Made by a program: the position numbers and the translations under genes. From Tubiluchus corallicola (taxonomy: Eukaryota; Animalia; Priapulida), in contig JAQGDQ010000449.1 in NCBI GenBank assembly GCA_030141605.1, positions 62,001 through 126,000 on the forward strand: 64,000 bases of DNA. Reading direction: 5' to 3'. The notes under the pieces were generated by a model that worked only from the letters and a program-made list of their open reading frames with translations, made no database searches and had not been told where the DNA came from. Below, in pieces: positions 37,703 through 49,700 of this stretch; position 1 is the first letter of the stretch, and each line of letters opens with the position of its first letter.

Positions 37703-40700
37703 CTGAAAAATTAAGACACTGTACTTAATTACCCAAGATCTTTTAACGTACAATCTTGTACGTGTCAATCAAAACTTTGTTGTTAAAATTAATAGCCAAA
37801 AAATACCCCCACGAAGATCTAGTTTTATTAAATTTGAAATATATCAAAAGCATAAATACGTTTGCTTACAGTCGCTCAATTAGCAGATAATATTAGCATT
37901 AATGGATGCTATTTAGCAAATTAATATCACAACACGGGTAAGGACGCAACGAGGTATATCACCTGGCGTTGGCACCCACTAGTCTCGAACTCAAGACTGC
38001 GTGGCTGCAATACGAAATCTAGAGCACTCGGCCACCCAACCAGGACATGAGGACTTTATATTTATTTCATATTTGTATTTATAAACAAACTGCATGAAGC
38101 CTTTGAAATTGAAATAAAAACAAACTAACCGTTGCAGCAACTCCTCCAGCACGGGCCTGAGCACGAAGTTTCGCAAAGGCGTTTTCAGCATCTTCTGCTC
38201 GAGCCTCAGCCTCTTCCAGTTCAGCCTGAGTCTTGCGATACTTGGCAAGGTTCATGTTAGCAACTTCCTCTGCTTCCTCAATCTGTCGCTTGTACAGCTT
38301 GACTTTACCGTTCAGCTTCTCAATCATGTCTTGGAAATGAGCCTGGTTCTTCTTGTCATCCTCTACCTGCATCATCAGTTCCTTGACACGACGGTCGGCC
38401 TTGCGGTAGTTTTTCTGGGCTTCACTGTGGCGACGCTGTTCAACATCAAGCTCTCCTTCCAGTTCACGAACGCGATGTTCAAGCTTAGCAATCAGTTTCT
38501 TTCCTCCCTTGAGCATGTTTGCTTCAGCTTCATCTAAGCGAACTTGAAGATCCTTAATCTGTTGTTCTTGCGCCTTTCGCGCTTTCTCAATGTTGTTTGC
38601 GTGATCTTGCTCTTGGCGAAGTTCTTCAGCGAGACGAGCTGCATCGGCTACGGCAGTCCTGGATCTCTCATCAGCTGCTTTAAGTTCATTTACAGTTTCA
38701 TCAAGGTCAGCTTGCATGGTTGTAATGTCACCCTCCAGCTTTCTCTTGGCGCTAGACACAGAAGCCAGTTGGCTTTGCAAATCACTGATCCTGTCGTTTG
38801 CGTCATTGAGCTCTGATTCAGCTGCGCGACGATTGCGTTCAGCTTGTTCAAGACTTGTGCGAGTTTCATCAAGCTCAGTGCTAATTGCATTGCATCTGCG
38901 TTCGCTAGCATTGAATTGCTCGCGAATGTCATCACGTGCTCGCTGCTCCTCTTCAATCTGGGATTCCAAATCTTTAATCTGTGCCTGAAGTTTCTTGAGA
39001 TTCTTCTGTGCATCAGCGTTCTGGCGATTAGCACTGTCCAAAGCAACTTCAAGTTGGTTGATGTCACTTTCAAGTTTCTTCTTCATGCGCATTGCTTCTG
39101 CCTTACCTTTAGCTTCAGCCTCCAGACTAGCCTGCATGGAGTCAACTGCACGCTGGTGGTTTCTGCGAGTAGTTTCAAACTCTTCATCTTTCTCAGCTAA
39201 ACGCCTATCGACTTCTTGACGAATCTGTTGCAGCTCAAGCTGGCCACGAACAACTTTAGCTTCTTCCTGTTCCAGGGCAGCTTCGGCTTCCTCAAGAGCT
39301 GATTGAAGTTCTTCCTTTTCTTGTTCAGCCCGACGCCGTGCCTTGTCAACTTCGTGAATGTTCTTTCCACCTTCTCCTAGCTGCTCTGTAAGATCTTTGA
39401 TCTCATCACTAAGATTTCTGGTCTCTCTTCTCAAAGATTCCATAGAGTCTTCAGCTTCAGAGGCAGCATTCTTTGCCTTGAACAGCTCGGTAGAAATGTT
39501 ACGGCATTCACGTTGAGATGCTTCTAGTTCTGCAGCAAGATCGTCGCACTTCTGCTTCCACTCAGCAATGGTTTTATCAAAGTTACGCTGGCGTTTCTCA
39601 GCAGCATTAGCAGCAGCAGTTGCACGCTCAACCTCAATGGACATATCATCCAACTGGTTTTGTAACTTGGTCTTTGCCTTATCCATTGACAGAATCTTGG
39701 CCTGAGCTGTTTCAGCAGCCTCTTCTGCGGCCATCAGCTTGGCTTGCATCTTACGTCTGAAAGAATGCAACAAAGCAGATGATGCAGCTATCTACAATTG
39801 TTCAATAGGCTTTGACACTAAAATAAAAAGGATTGAACATGAAAACCACTACTGGTTAAGTAATTAATAGCTTTAAGAGCAATTTTTATATCTTGGTAAC
39901 TTACTTAATTTCTTCGGCTTCTGGTCCACCACCACCAAGGCCTTCACTTTCCACACGAGCACGAAGGGTATTGTATTCATTGTTTGCTTTAGCAAGCTGC
40001 CTCTGCAACAATGCCCGCCCGTCAGCTTCTTCCTCCATCTGCTCCTTAGCTTGCTCCAAGTCATGTTGTGAGTTCCGCAGCTGAGACTGTAAGTTTGCTC
40101 TTTGCCTTTGCTCATCTTCCAAAGAGTTCCTCATCTCCTCCATTTGGGATTGTAATTGGGATTTAATCTTGTTCAGCTGGTTCACTTGAGATTCAGCATC
40201 CTCTACTTGACGCTGCAGGTCATTGTTTTCATTTTGTAGGCGTGATTTTTGGCCATTTAGGTCATTAATTGTGCGTGCAGCTTCGTCCAATTTACTGTTA
40301 GCCTCTGCAAGTTGATTCTCCAGGGATTTTGCCAATTTATCAGCTTGCATCTGTTAGCAAAATGTTAATACTATCACACAAACTTGTTTATACATAACAT
40401 TAACCTTTTATATGCGCACAAAAACATATTTATAAACATTGTAAATAATTATGAGAGTGTAATACGGCAGTTGACCTGCTGTTTAATGGCTAAAATCACT
40501 TTAGCAAAGTTTAGTATCAACATCTATATCATCATCGTCGTCGTCGTCGTCATCGTCGTCGTCGTCGTCGTTGGCTGCGTTGTCACTGGTAGGTGACCAG
40601 TTAATATTTAGCTGCAGATACCTTAGTTTTGCTGATGTGATCAGCATTAGCTTTCATGTCGTCCAGTTCGACCTTCATTTGTGCTTTTTCTTTCTCAATC

Positions 40701-43700
40701 CTATTGGTAAAAAACAAAGTAATGAATATAGAAAAAATAAACGTAAAGTAAACAACAAAATAACAAATGAATGACAAACAAACAAAATGATTAGTGAACA
40801 TCTTTCAAGAAGAGCAATAAATGAAACATTTATTCATAACTAGTTAAATTAGCCGACTTGTGCATTCAAGTACTTAATGGAAATGCACTCTCTTATGTGT
40901 GATAAACACGTGTAAACAGTTACTGACCAACCTCCAAATTATTATCAGTTTGACAACTACCTATGAGTTTAACAAGGGCGTCTAGTGTCTAAGCGTAAAT
41001 CTGAAAATCGAGCATACTTTGCTTTTGTTTTCTGTGCTTGGTCTAGCTGTTCTCCCATCTCAGCAATGACGTCATTCTGCTTCTTGCGGAGAGCTGAAAC
41101 AGTCGCTTCATTTTGCAGAGCCTGTTCTTCAAGATCACGGCGCAGCTTTGACAATTCTGCTTCACGCTTCTTGTTTAATTCTACTTGAGCACTAGTAGCA
41201 CCTCCAGCTTCTTCCAAGCGTTCTGTAAGCTCCTCCAGCTCACGTATAGCATCAGCTCGTTGCTTCTCGACTTTGGAACGAGCCTGTCTCTCAGACTCGA
41301 CTTCTTCTTCAATTTCTTCTATGCGGGCTTGCAACTCTTTTACCTTCTTCTGCATTTGATGAACTACACCTTGTTCGTCCTCACATTTTCCAGTGAGATT
41401 GCTAAGTTCCTTATCCTTCCTGCGCATGTTTTCTTCGAGGTCATGTTTCACTCTCTCAAGTTCCTCAACAGCTTCTTGAGTCATTTTCAGATCACCTTCC
41501 ACCTTGCGTTTGGCTTTTTCAACATCACCTCTAATTTTTTTCTCACGTTCTAAATTGTCTTCTAACTCATCAAGACTTTGCTCAAGCTTTGATTTAACCT
41601 TATTGAGGTGGTTAACCTTATCCTCCTCCTTTTGCAGATCTTCACTAGTTCTCTACAACATATAAACAAATATGCATAAACAAATGATTCATTTTCATGC
41701 CAACTGCAAAATGTTAAATCTTATCAGTATCCATTTTATAAATCAGTACCGAAAAATCAATATATTTAGACAACTCAATCTAACTCAACGTTATTTCTTT
41801 GAATAATTACTGTTACAAATATAACATTCACAAATGAGTACTAGCAGCTAGGGCACACTTTATTGCTTTGGATTTCGTGTATTCCAAGAAACTTACAGAT
41901 TGAGTTTCCTCAACATTCTTTTTCTCCTTGTTAACTTTAGCAATAAGTTCATCCTGTCTAGCAATCTCATCATTAAGCTGCTTTATCTGGTGTTCCTTGG
42001 CTGTTTTCTCACTTTCAGTTTTCTTTAACTGACGTTCAAGATCGTCCATCTGACCCTTCAAGTCTTGGATTTCACCTTCTGCTTTTCTCTTAGCATCTCC
42101 AACATTGGCAGCATTATCTTCTTCATCTCTAAGGCGGTCACGCAAATCGGTTATTTGTGACTCCAGTTCTACCTTCTGGGTCATGAGCTTAGTTGCTCTT
42201 TCTTCAATATCAGCAATTGTTTCAGCCTCATTCTGGACTTGAGCATAAAGCTCAGCCTTTTCCTTTGTGACTTTGGCTAAGCCAACTTCTGCATCTTTGC
42301 GGCCCTTGCTTTCCTTCTCAAGCTCTTCTTTCAACTTAGCTATTTCCTCATCCTTCTTTTTCATGTCATCCTCCTGACGAGCAATAGAAAGAAGAGGCTT
42401 GACCTTGGTGTACAGTTTCCACCATGGCCAGTTGCGGCATTGCAAGTACTTCCTGGTGTTGCGTTGGATGACAATCATGGCTAGACGTTGTGCCTTCATC
42501 TTGACATACTCTTCCCTCATCTGTTTTCCTCTAATCCAACCCTGCATCAAGGTAACAATGCGAGTGATTCGTTCTTCACGCATTTCCTCAAGCTTACCCA
42601 AAGAGCCGGCTTTGAAGAAAATCTTGGTGTTTCCAAGACGGTACATTTCTTTGTCCCATTCAAGGGCAGCTAAGATGTTTCCGGCTACCTCTTTGCTGTC
42701 AGCGAAGCCAGCCGGAACAGCATTTGGAGCCAAGATTTGATACCTGTAGAAGTGAAAATGGAATAAAGAGATATGCTTGAGTTGGGACATTAGCTGACAA
42801 TGATTAATTAAAAAGGGAGTTCTCTCAATTACGATGTCATGACGTTTTATAAAATGCTTAAACGTTAAAGTACAATAAAAATTCGAATTTTTTCTAAAAT
42901 TAAAACGTTATAGTGTTTAAACAAATTACTTTTAACGCTTAAATAACTGTATAAGCAGATCAACAGAGAAAAATAAGCTTTTTGGTTACTTATTTAATAT
43001 TTCAGGTGTAAAATCTGTTAAACATAACAAGATCAAAATATTCACACACAAGTTATAAAGATATCTTCAGACATTAACTTGCCGTTAGTACCAATGCAAT
43101 GATTTATTTTTACCTATGCTTGAAGTCACCATATAGCAGTCTGTTCGGGAAACCTTTGCGGCAAATACGGATTCCTTCCAGTACACCATTGCAAGTAAGC
43201 TGATTCATAACTAAAGCAGAGTCTAGTACACCACCTTCTTTGTTCTCATTAGGGATGATGCAGCGTACGAAATGTGGCGCTGTGCCTTTCAGGGTTGTCA
43301 TCAGCTTATTCAGTTGTTCCTGCAAAGTCCAACATGTATGTCTATATTAATATTATATGTACAGAATGAAACAAGTATGAGTATACCAGTATACCAGTTA
43401 GACATACATCTAATTTACCGTGTCTAACTATAACTTGTTATTCATTTTTCAGTCTTCATTATAACAAAGGTAACATCAATTTACCCTATAAACAGCGGAC
43501 ACTGTTTGGAATGCGGAACCCTTCTTTCTCTTGCCCTTGCCTCCGCCGCCTTCTTCTTCCTTGGCGAGCTTATCAGCAAACAGAATTGACACCAAATGAT
43601 TTTCATGAGACCTAGCCATACATTCAGCAACAGTGTCATTGATTGGATCCTTGTTTTTCTCCAACCAGAAATTGATGTTGTAATTGACAATGCCTGCGTA

Positions 43701-46700
43701 ATGACAAATGCCAAAATGAGCTTCAGCTTGATTACCCTTTGGTGGTTTTGGTTTGATGAACGCAGATGACTTGCCCATGTGGTTAGCATGCAGCTTCGCA
43801 CAGAATGTTTGATCGGTGGCTTTGGGGAACATAGATTCTTCCTCCAGAATAGCAAAGATTCCCATTGGCTGCAAAAAATCACCAGAGCCATATTACTGTT
43901 TGTTGTAAAGTAAGATCATTCTTATGAACATAAAATAAACAAAATTGCTTATTAACAGATTAAGTACATAAAAATTAGCTTGCTTTTTTATATTACCTTT
44001 TCAATCATGTCAATGCAAGCCTGCAGGTCAAGACCAAAGTCGATAAAGGTCCACTGTATTCCTTCACGTTTGTACTCCTCTTGTTCCAGGACAAACATGT
44101 GGTGATTGAAAAACTGCTGTAATTTCTCATTGGTAAAGTTGATGCAAATCTGCTCAAAACCGTTGAAATCAAAAATCTCAAAACCAGCAATATCCAACAC
44201 ACCAATGAAGAACTGCTTTTTTATATTAGTTGCTAGAGTTTCGTTAACTTTTGTAACCAGCCAGACAAACATACGGTTGTAGACAGCCTTGGCGATGGCA
44301 CCAACAGCATAATAGACCTGGTCTTTGTTTTGACCTTTAGTGACGTACTCATTTCCAACTTTCACTCGTGGCTTCAAGAAACCTTTGTATAAATCAGCAT
44401 CTGACACACCACACAAGTGGGCGACTTTTCCACCCTCAGTTGTGCCGTCAGCTTCAGCCTGCTCTTCTCGTGGTCTCTGCTTAAACTGCATTGTTCCCAT
44501 ATGCATGACAGCAGCTACCAGTTTATAAATGTCATCCTTCTCATGCTGAACGAAGCCAAGAATGTCGAAGGCTTCCTGTAAATACAAGCAGTGTGTTCAG
44601 TACGTTGTTATGTGCTTAACGACAAAAGGCTTACAGACAAAGTAAGCCTATTACCCACTGAAAGCTCATCATCATCGTCTCGCATTATGACCACTTCCGT
44701 CGTCGTCATGTCAATAATTTCCACATCATTAATTATAATTAACTAATCACACCATTATAATTATCAGCACGCCATCAACATTATCATTAAAATTTTCATC
44801 GTTGCAGTTATCGTCACACCAATTATAGCAACAACAATATTTATAATTCTTACTTATTGTTATTAAATTGAGATTTTAATATTAAATCGCAATAAATTGT
44901 TATTTAAAGAATATTTACATCAGTAAGTCGCATTTCCTCAGCATCATCAACTCCATCAATGTAAGTTTTTCCCTGAGCAATAAAATAATATTCACTCACT
45001 GGCTTATCTAACAACAGCTTGCCTGGAAAAAATAATACCTGTGACTTCTTTTAAAATTCTTTAAAGCGCGAGGAAACTTATGTCAGTCAATGTAGCACTG
45101 ATAACTGTGAATGTGTATTCAAGCAAGACGAAACTTATGACAGTGAACGTAGCACTGATAATTGTATATTCAACTGTATTATGGAACGCATTACAAAAAT
45201 TTTAAAATATTTGGTTAAATGAAAACAGGGAGATTTTTCATATGCAGCCCTATTTTGAAACACATTAAAAAGTATACAGTTATCAGTTATACTGATACTA
45301 AAGTTTTTCCGCTAATTAAATAATAGCCACAAGCTTAATTAGCGGCCAGTAAGCGATGACGGAACAATTAAACAGATTTTGTGATAACAGAAACATTTCA
45401 CTAGCGTGTTGCTTCTGTTTGCGAAAACGAAAATTGAAATACAGCGCCATTGTGCAACGTTGACTGTGAGACGTACTAAAAACTCAACAAATTTACGTTT
45501 AAAAATTTATATTTCAAGTTTACCGCTGTGCTAGCGCATGAGTTCTCGAACGTGTGTGCTACGCCACAAGTGAAATGTATCCTCTAGGTAAAGGGTTTAC
45601 TTTTTGTGCAACGCGTTTCCGAGACACTGGCGTTGGTGCCCATTTAACTGGAGTGCTAAGCAAACGTGCAACAAAAAAAAATTAAACTCGCGCACGAACG
45701 TGAAATTGGATTTCTGCGGCAATAATTCCTTCACGTCATTCTTAAAAAAATTCTTTCGGTACTTCATCGTTAAATTATTTCGAGCTATAGTTTAAAATTG
45801 AGTCCTGTTCCCTTTCAAGTCTTGTAGTAAAATTACAAAAGTGTGAACAAACGAATATCGTGACATTTTTATTATGATTTATGACTCACTTGTTAGATCT
45901 TTAAGTCCGCCAGATGGAATCTGGTAGAAGATGTGGTAGGATCGCTCCAGAGGCTGCTGAGAGATAATTCTGGACTTTTCCAGCAAATAAGATTCGATAT
46001 CAGCACCAGCCAGTTTGCCAGACGGGCCAAAATGAATACGGATAAATTTACCCTAAAATGTGACGACATCCCTCAAAGTATGACAAAACAATAGTACTAT
46101 TTATACAAACACATTTCACTGAAAAAGATAATCAGTTTAAAACGAGTCTGTCGTAAGAATTGTAAGTTTTAAGGTTTTTGACAAAAAACTTACGAATCGA
46201 GATGAGTTGTCATTTCTCACAGTCTTGGCGTTACCAAAACTTTCCAGTACAGGATTAGCTTGCACAATCTGATCTTCTAGGGTACCCTGAATCATTAAAA
46301 ATAGAAATAATTTCGTGTACCGTTATCATCGTCGTCGTTATCATTATCATCATCATCATCATCGTCCCCGTCATCATGATCGTCCTCATCACTATTGTTG
46401 TTAATATGTAATCAAACGACGTCGTTCAAATTGTTTTATACAACATTGTTAATAAATGACTTTTATATCTGCTTTATTCATTACTAATGCTTTTATGCTG
46501 TCAAACTATATTCTAGCAGTTTATACTAAAGTTTTTAATGAATTGTTTCATTTTGTGGACATTTTTACTGATGACATCTTACTAAACTTCATTTATGTAA
46601 TATCGATGATTGTAAGAACGATCGTAGTTTGTAAGCAAAACAAATGACAGATTGTCGCTTCCCCGCCGATGACAAGCAAATCAGCTTGTCAGTTAGAACC

Positions 46701-49700
46701 GCTTAACATTTAATATTTTCACTCGCATGTAACTTTTACCTTCTTTGCTAGTTTCGGGTCTTGCTCTTGCTTTTTCTGGCCAGATGCAGCCACCAAGGCA
46801 AAATAAGAGATTACTTTCTTTGTGTTTTCTGTTTTTCCGGCGCCAGATTCACCGCTGCAAACACAGTTAATCAAAGCTTGTATTGTGTTCAATTTGAGAC
46901 GTGACTGCTAGAGTTCTTGACCATACGATTTTTCTATAATCGTAACTCTGGCAAATGAGGACATTTTATAATTTATTGTTCACATAAGGCCACGTCAACA
47001 AGGAGCTGTGCGACATTATTCTCATTTGAATTGTAGAATTCTTGTTTTATTTTGTCAAAAAGAAAGAATAAAATTGCCAATTACAATTTTCTTGAAAATA
47101 GTTGCAAAAATCGTTTGTGTGAGACCTTCCAAAAAGTTAGAAAAGTTAAATTGATTTATGCAATGATTAGCTAGATACTTCAAAATAAAACAATCTCTAC
47201 TTACGTGATCAACATAGATTGATCTTCGCGATCTGAAATAATAACAGTTGCACGGTTATTTCTTCAATTACTTGCTTATTAGGTGTAGTTTACAACAATT
47301 TAATTGTCATATTTTTCGGAAGTTACTTATATCAGTTATGTTTTGTTACAGATTTCATTTCGACTTGGCAAGTCTGTGACCCAGTAAACTGGTTACGTTA
47401 ATGTTCCTAGCTACAAATGTAAATTCTAACTCTACTGAACATCATCGGCTGGTTATTACTGCTGTAAGTAAACTACAAAAATCTAATCTAGTCGTAAATG
47501 CACTGTTTCAAGTTTTAACTATGTAGATGTTAACTTGTTGTTAGTGTATCCACTAAACCAACTCTCGTTACTCTGGATTTCTCTTGTGATTATGATACTA
47601 TTGATTCAAGTAGGTGAATGAACGATTCAGTTTCACTAACATGTCAACCTACTGCTGCAGCTAAAAAAATCTGCTAAAAATAAGTTAATAAGTAATTTAA
47701 CTATTATTGTTGATAATATTAGCATCATTGCAATTAATCATGCAACAAATATCGTGCTTGTGTGCGTATAAAAATGTGCTTGAATGCAGCGACTTCGCAT
47801 AAAGAACCAAATAACTCACTGTGTCTACCACTGAACGATCAGAAAGTAGCAACCTTGACCACTTTAGAGAAGTTCCGTGCAAGGTGCGATCATCATTCCA
47901 AAGAATTCCTTGTAACTTTGAATAGGATAAAACCACTGCAAACAACGTCTGACCGAAACGCAAAGAATTAAGCAGACAGTATCGCACCAACCCAACAAAG
48001 CCTCAGCAAGGGAAGACATTTAAAAGCTGCTCAAAGACAAAACTTTATCTTGAAAAAGCCACCACACAAAAACACAGAAGCAAATATAATTAAATAAAAG
48101 CTGGAAGATGCCCGTAACTGAATTATTCGTTTATTACAGACAGGTGGTCAATTTAAAAAAGCTTAGATTGTCTAATAAGATGCTTAAGAGAAGCAAAAGA
48201 AGAGAAAGAGCAAGGAAACTTAGAAAATCACAACAACAAGGCAAGAAAGATAGCATTTCACTCAAGGTTTGCAATGCTGCGCTCAAAAAATACAGAAAGG
48301 CACAGAAAGCAACGCAGCATTTGTAAACAGACGATGGGAAACTTTGGGAGAGGGGGCACACACACACACACCCTTACTCACTCTGCAACATATCGCTATA
48401 AGCATTGTCAGCGACAGCGAATAGGTGAGGAGGCATTTCCATTCGCCGCTTTCCCCGATATTCGTCTACCACCTCCTTGTTATAGATCGGCAGACGCTTG
48501 TAAGGATTGATGACAACGCAGAACAGCCCAGAATAAGTCTACATATGTCAAATAAAGAAAATTATTGGTGTCTCAATGATATTTTATAACCGTACGTTCC
48601 TGTAAATAGTAACATCGTACAGTTAAATCAGATTAAAATAGTCTAATAATTAGTTTTGGAATCTGTTTTAAAATGTGCCATGCAACAAGAATTAAACAGT
48701 GTTGACAAACCAAGTTTTTTTTAGCAAACTGTAGTGTAGCTATACACGAATACACTGTAGTTTTTTCTAATTTTCTCCAAGATTTGACTTGCAGTTAAAA
48801 TAAATATATCAATAAGAAAAGATCACAAATTGTTTACTAGATTTGGATTTGAACACAAAAAGCACCGTTTTTTTATTCATTAGCTACAGTTTGCTTCTGG
48901 TCCCTGTTTCTGGCACAGTTTAAAACGGATTTCATGCGAAATGTGTGCGCCTTTTTCTACACAGATGCAGACATGCCCATGTTAGTTTCTCTCATCTACT
49001 TCTTGGTCATCCAGGCATTGCGTTTACTCACTCGTCAGCATATCCGTGTAAGCATTATCAGCCACGGAGAACAAATGTGGAGGCATCTCTGCTCGTCTTT
49101 TGCCTTTGTAAGATTCAACAACTTCTTTGTTGTATATAGGTAATCTTTTGTAGGGGTTGATCACCACACAAAACAGTCCAGAATAGGTCTGCAGAAGGCA
49201 GCAGAAAATTTGGAGTATTAGAATGAAAATGGAAAAACAAACTTTTGCTTTTTAGTTCCTAAGCTCATTGAGAAAAATTGACAACCTTTTTTACCTGATA
49301 TTTTAATACTTGATTACTTTGTTTATGACTGCTGTGAGACCGTCATAAATTACAGAAGAATTTATAAAATTCAACTACTAATAAGACAAAAGGTACTCTT
49401 ATAAATTTCTTTAAGTAAGACTATTAATTCAAAAAAGATTTTAATTAGAGCTATTTAGCTTAAAAGCTAACTAATGAAAATATAATTTGATTTGGTGAAC
49501 CACATGAGCAAACAATAACTGTAATAATCATAAGGCTTAGCACTGTAGGGCGACTGTTCTTAATTTTTCGAGGCGCCTAAGCATCAAACGTCTGTACAAT
49601 GCACCTATGCATACGCTGTGGTTGGGCACAGCTTGTTCGTGCATTTTCGCAAATGAAAAATCGTTTTTATTGATTTTCCTTTTACAAGAAAATTAAAACA

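Noticed and set aside
37930-38046. Functional tRNA gene
   Set aside because: A and B boxes are present, but there is no acceptor or anticodon stem pairing, and a SINE-like body follows.
48981-48986. ACTAAC as a distant branch point causing steric exclusion, as in alpha-tropomyosin
   Set aside because: No polypyrimidine tract follows and an AG occurs about 25 nt downstream, so a STAR/QKI site is the better reading.
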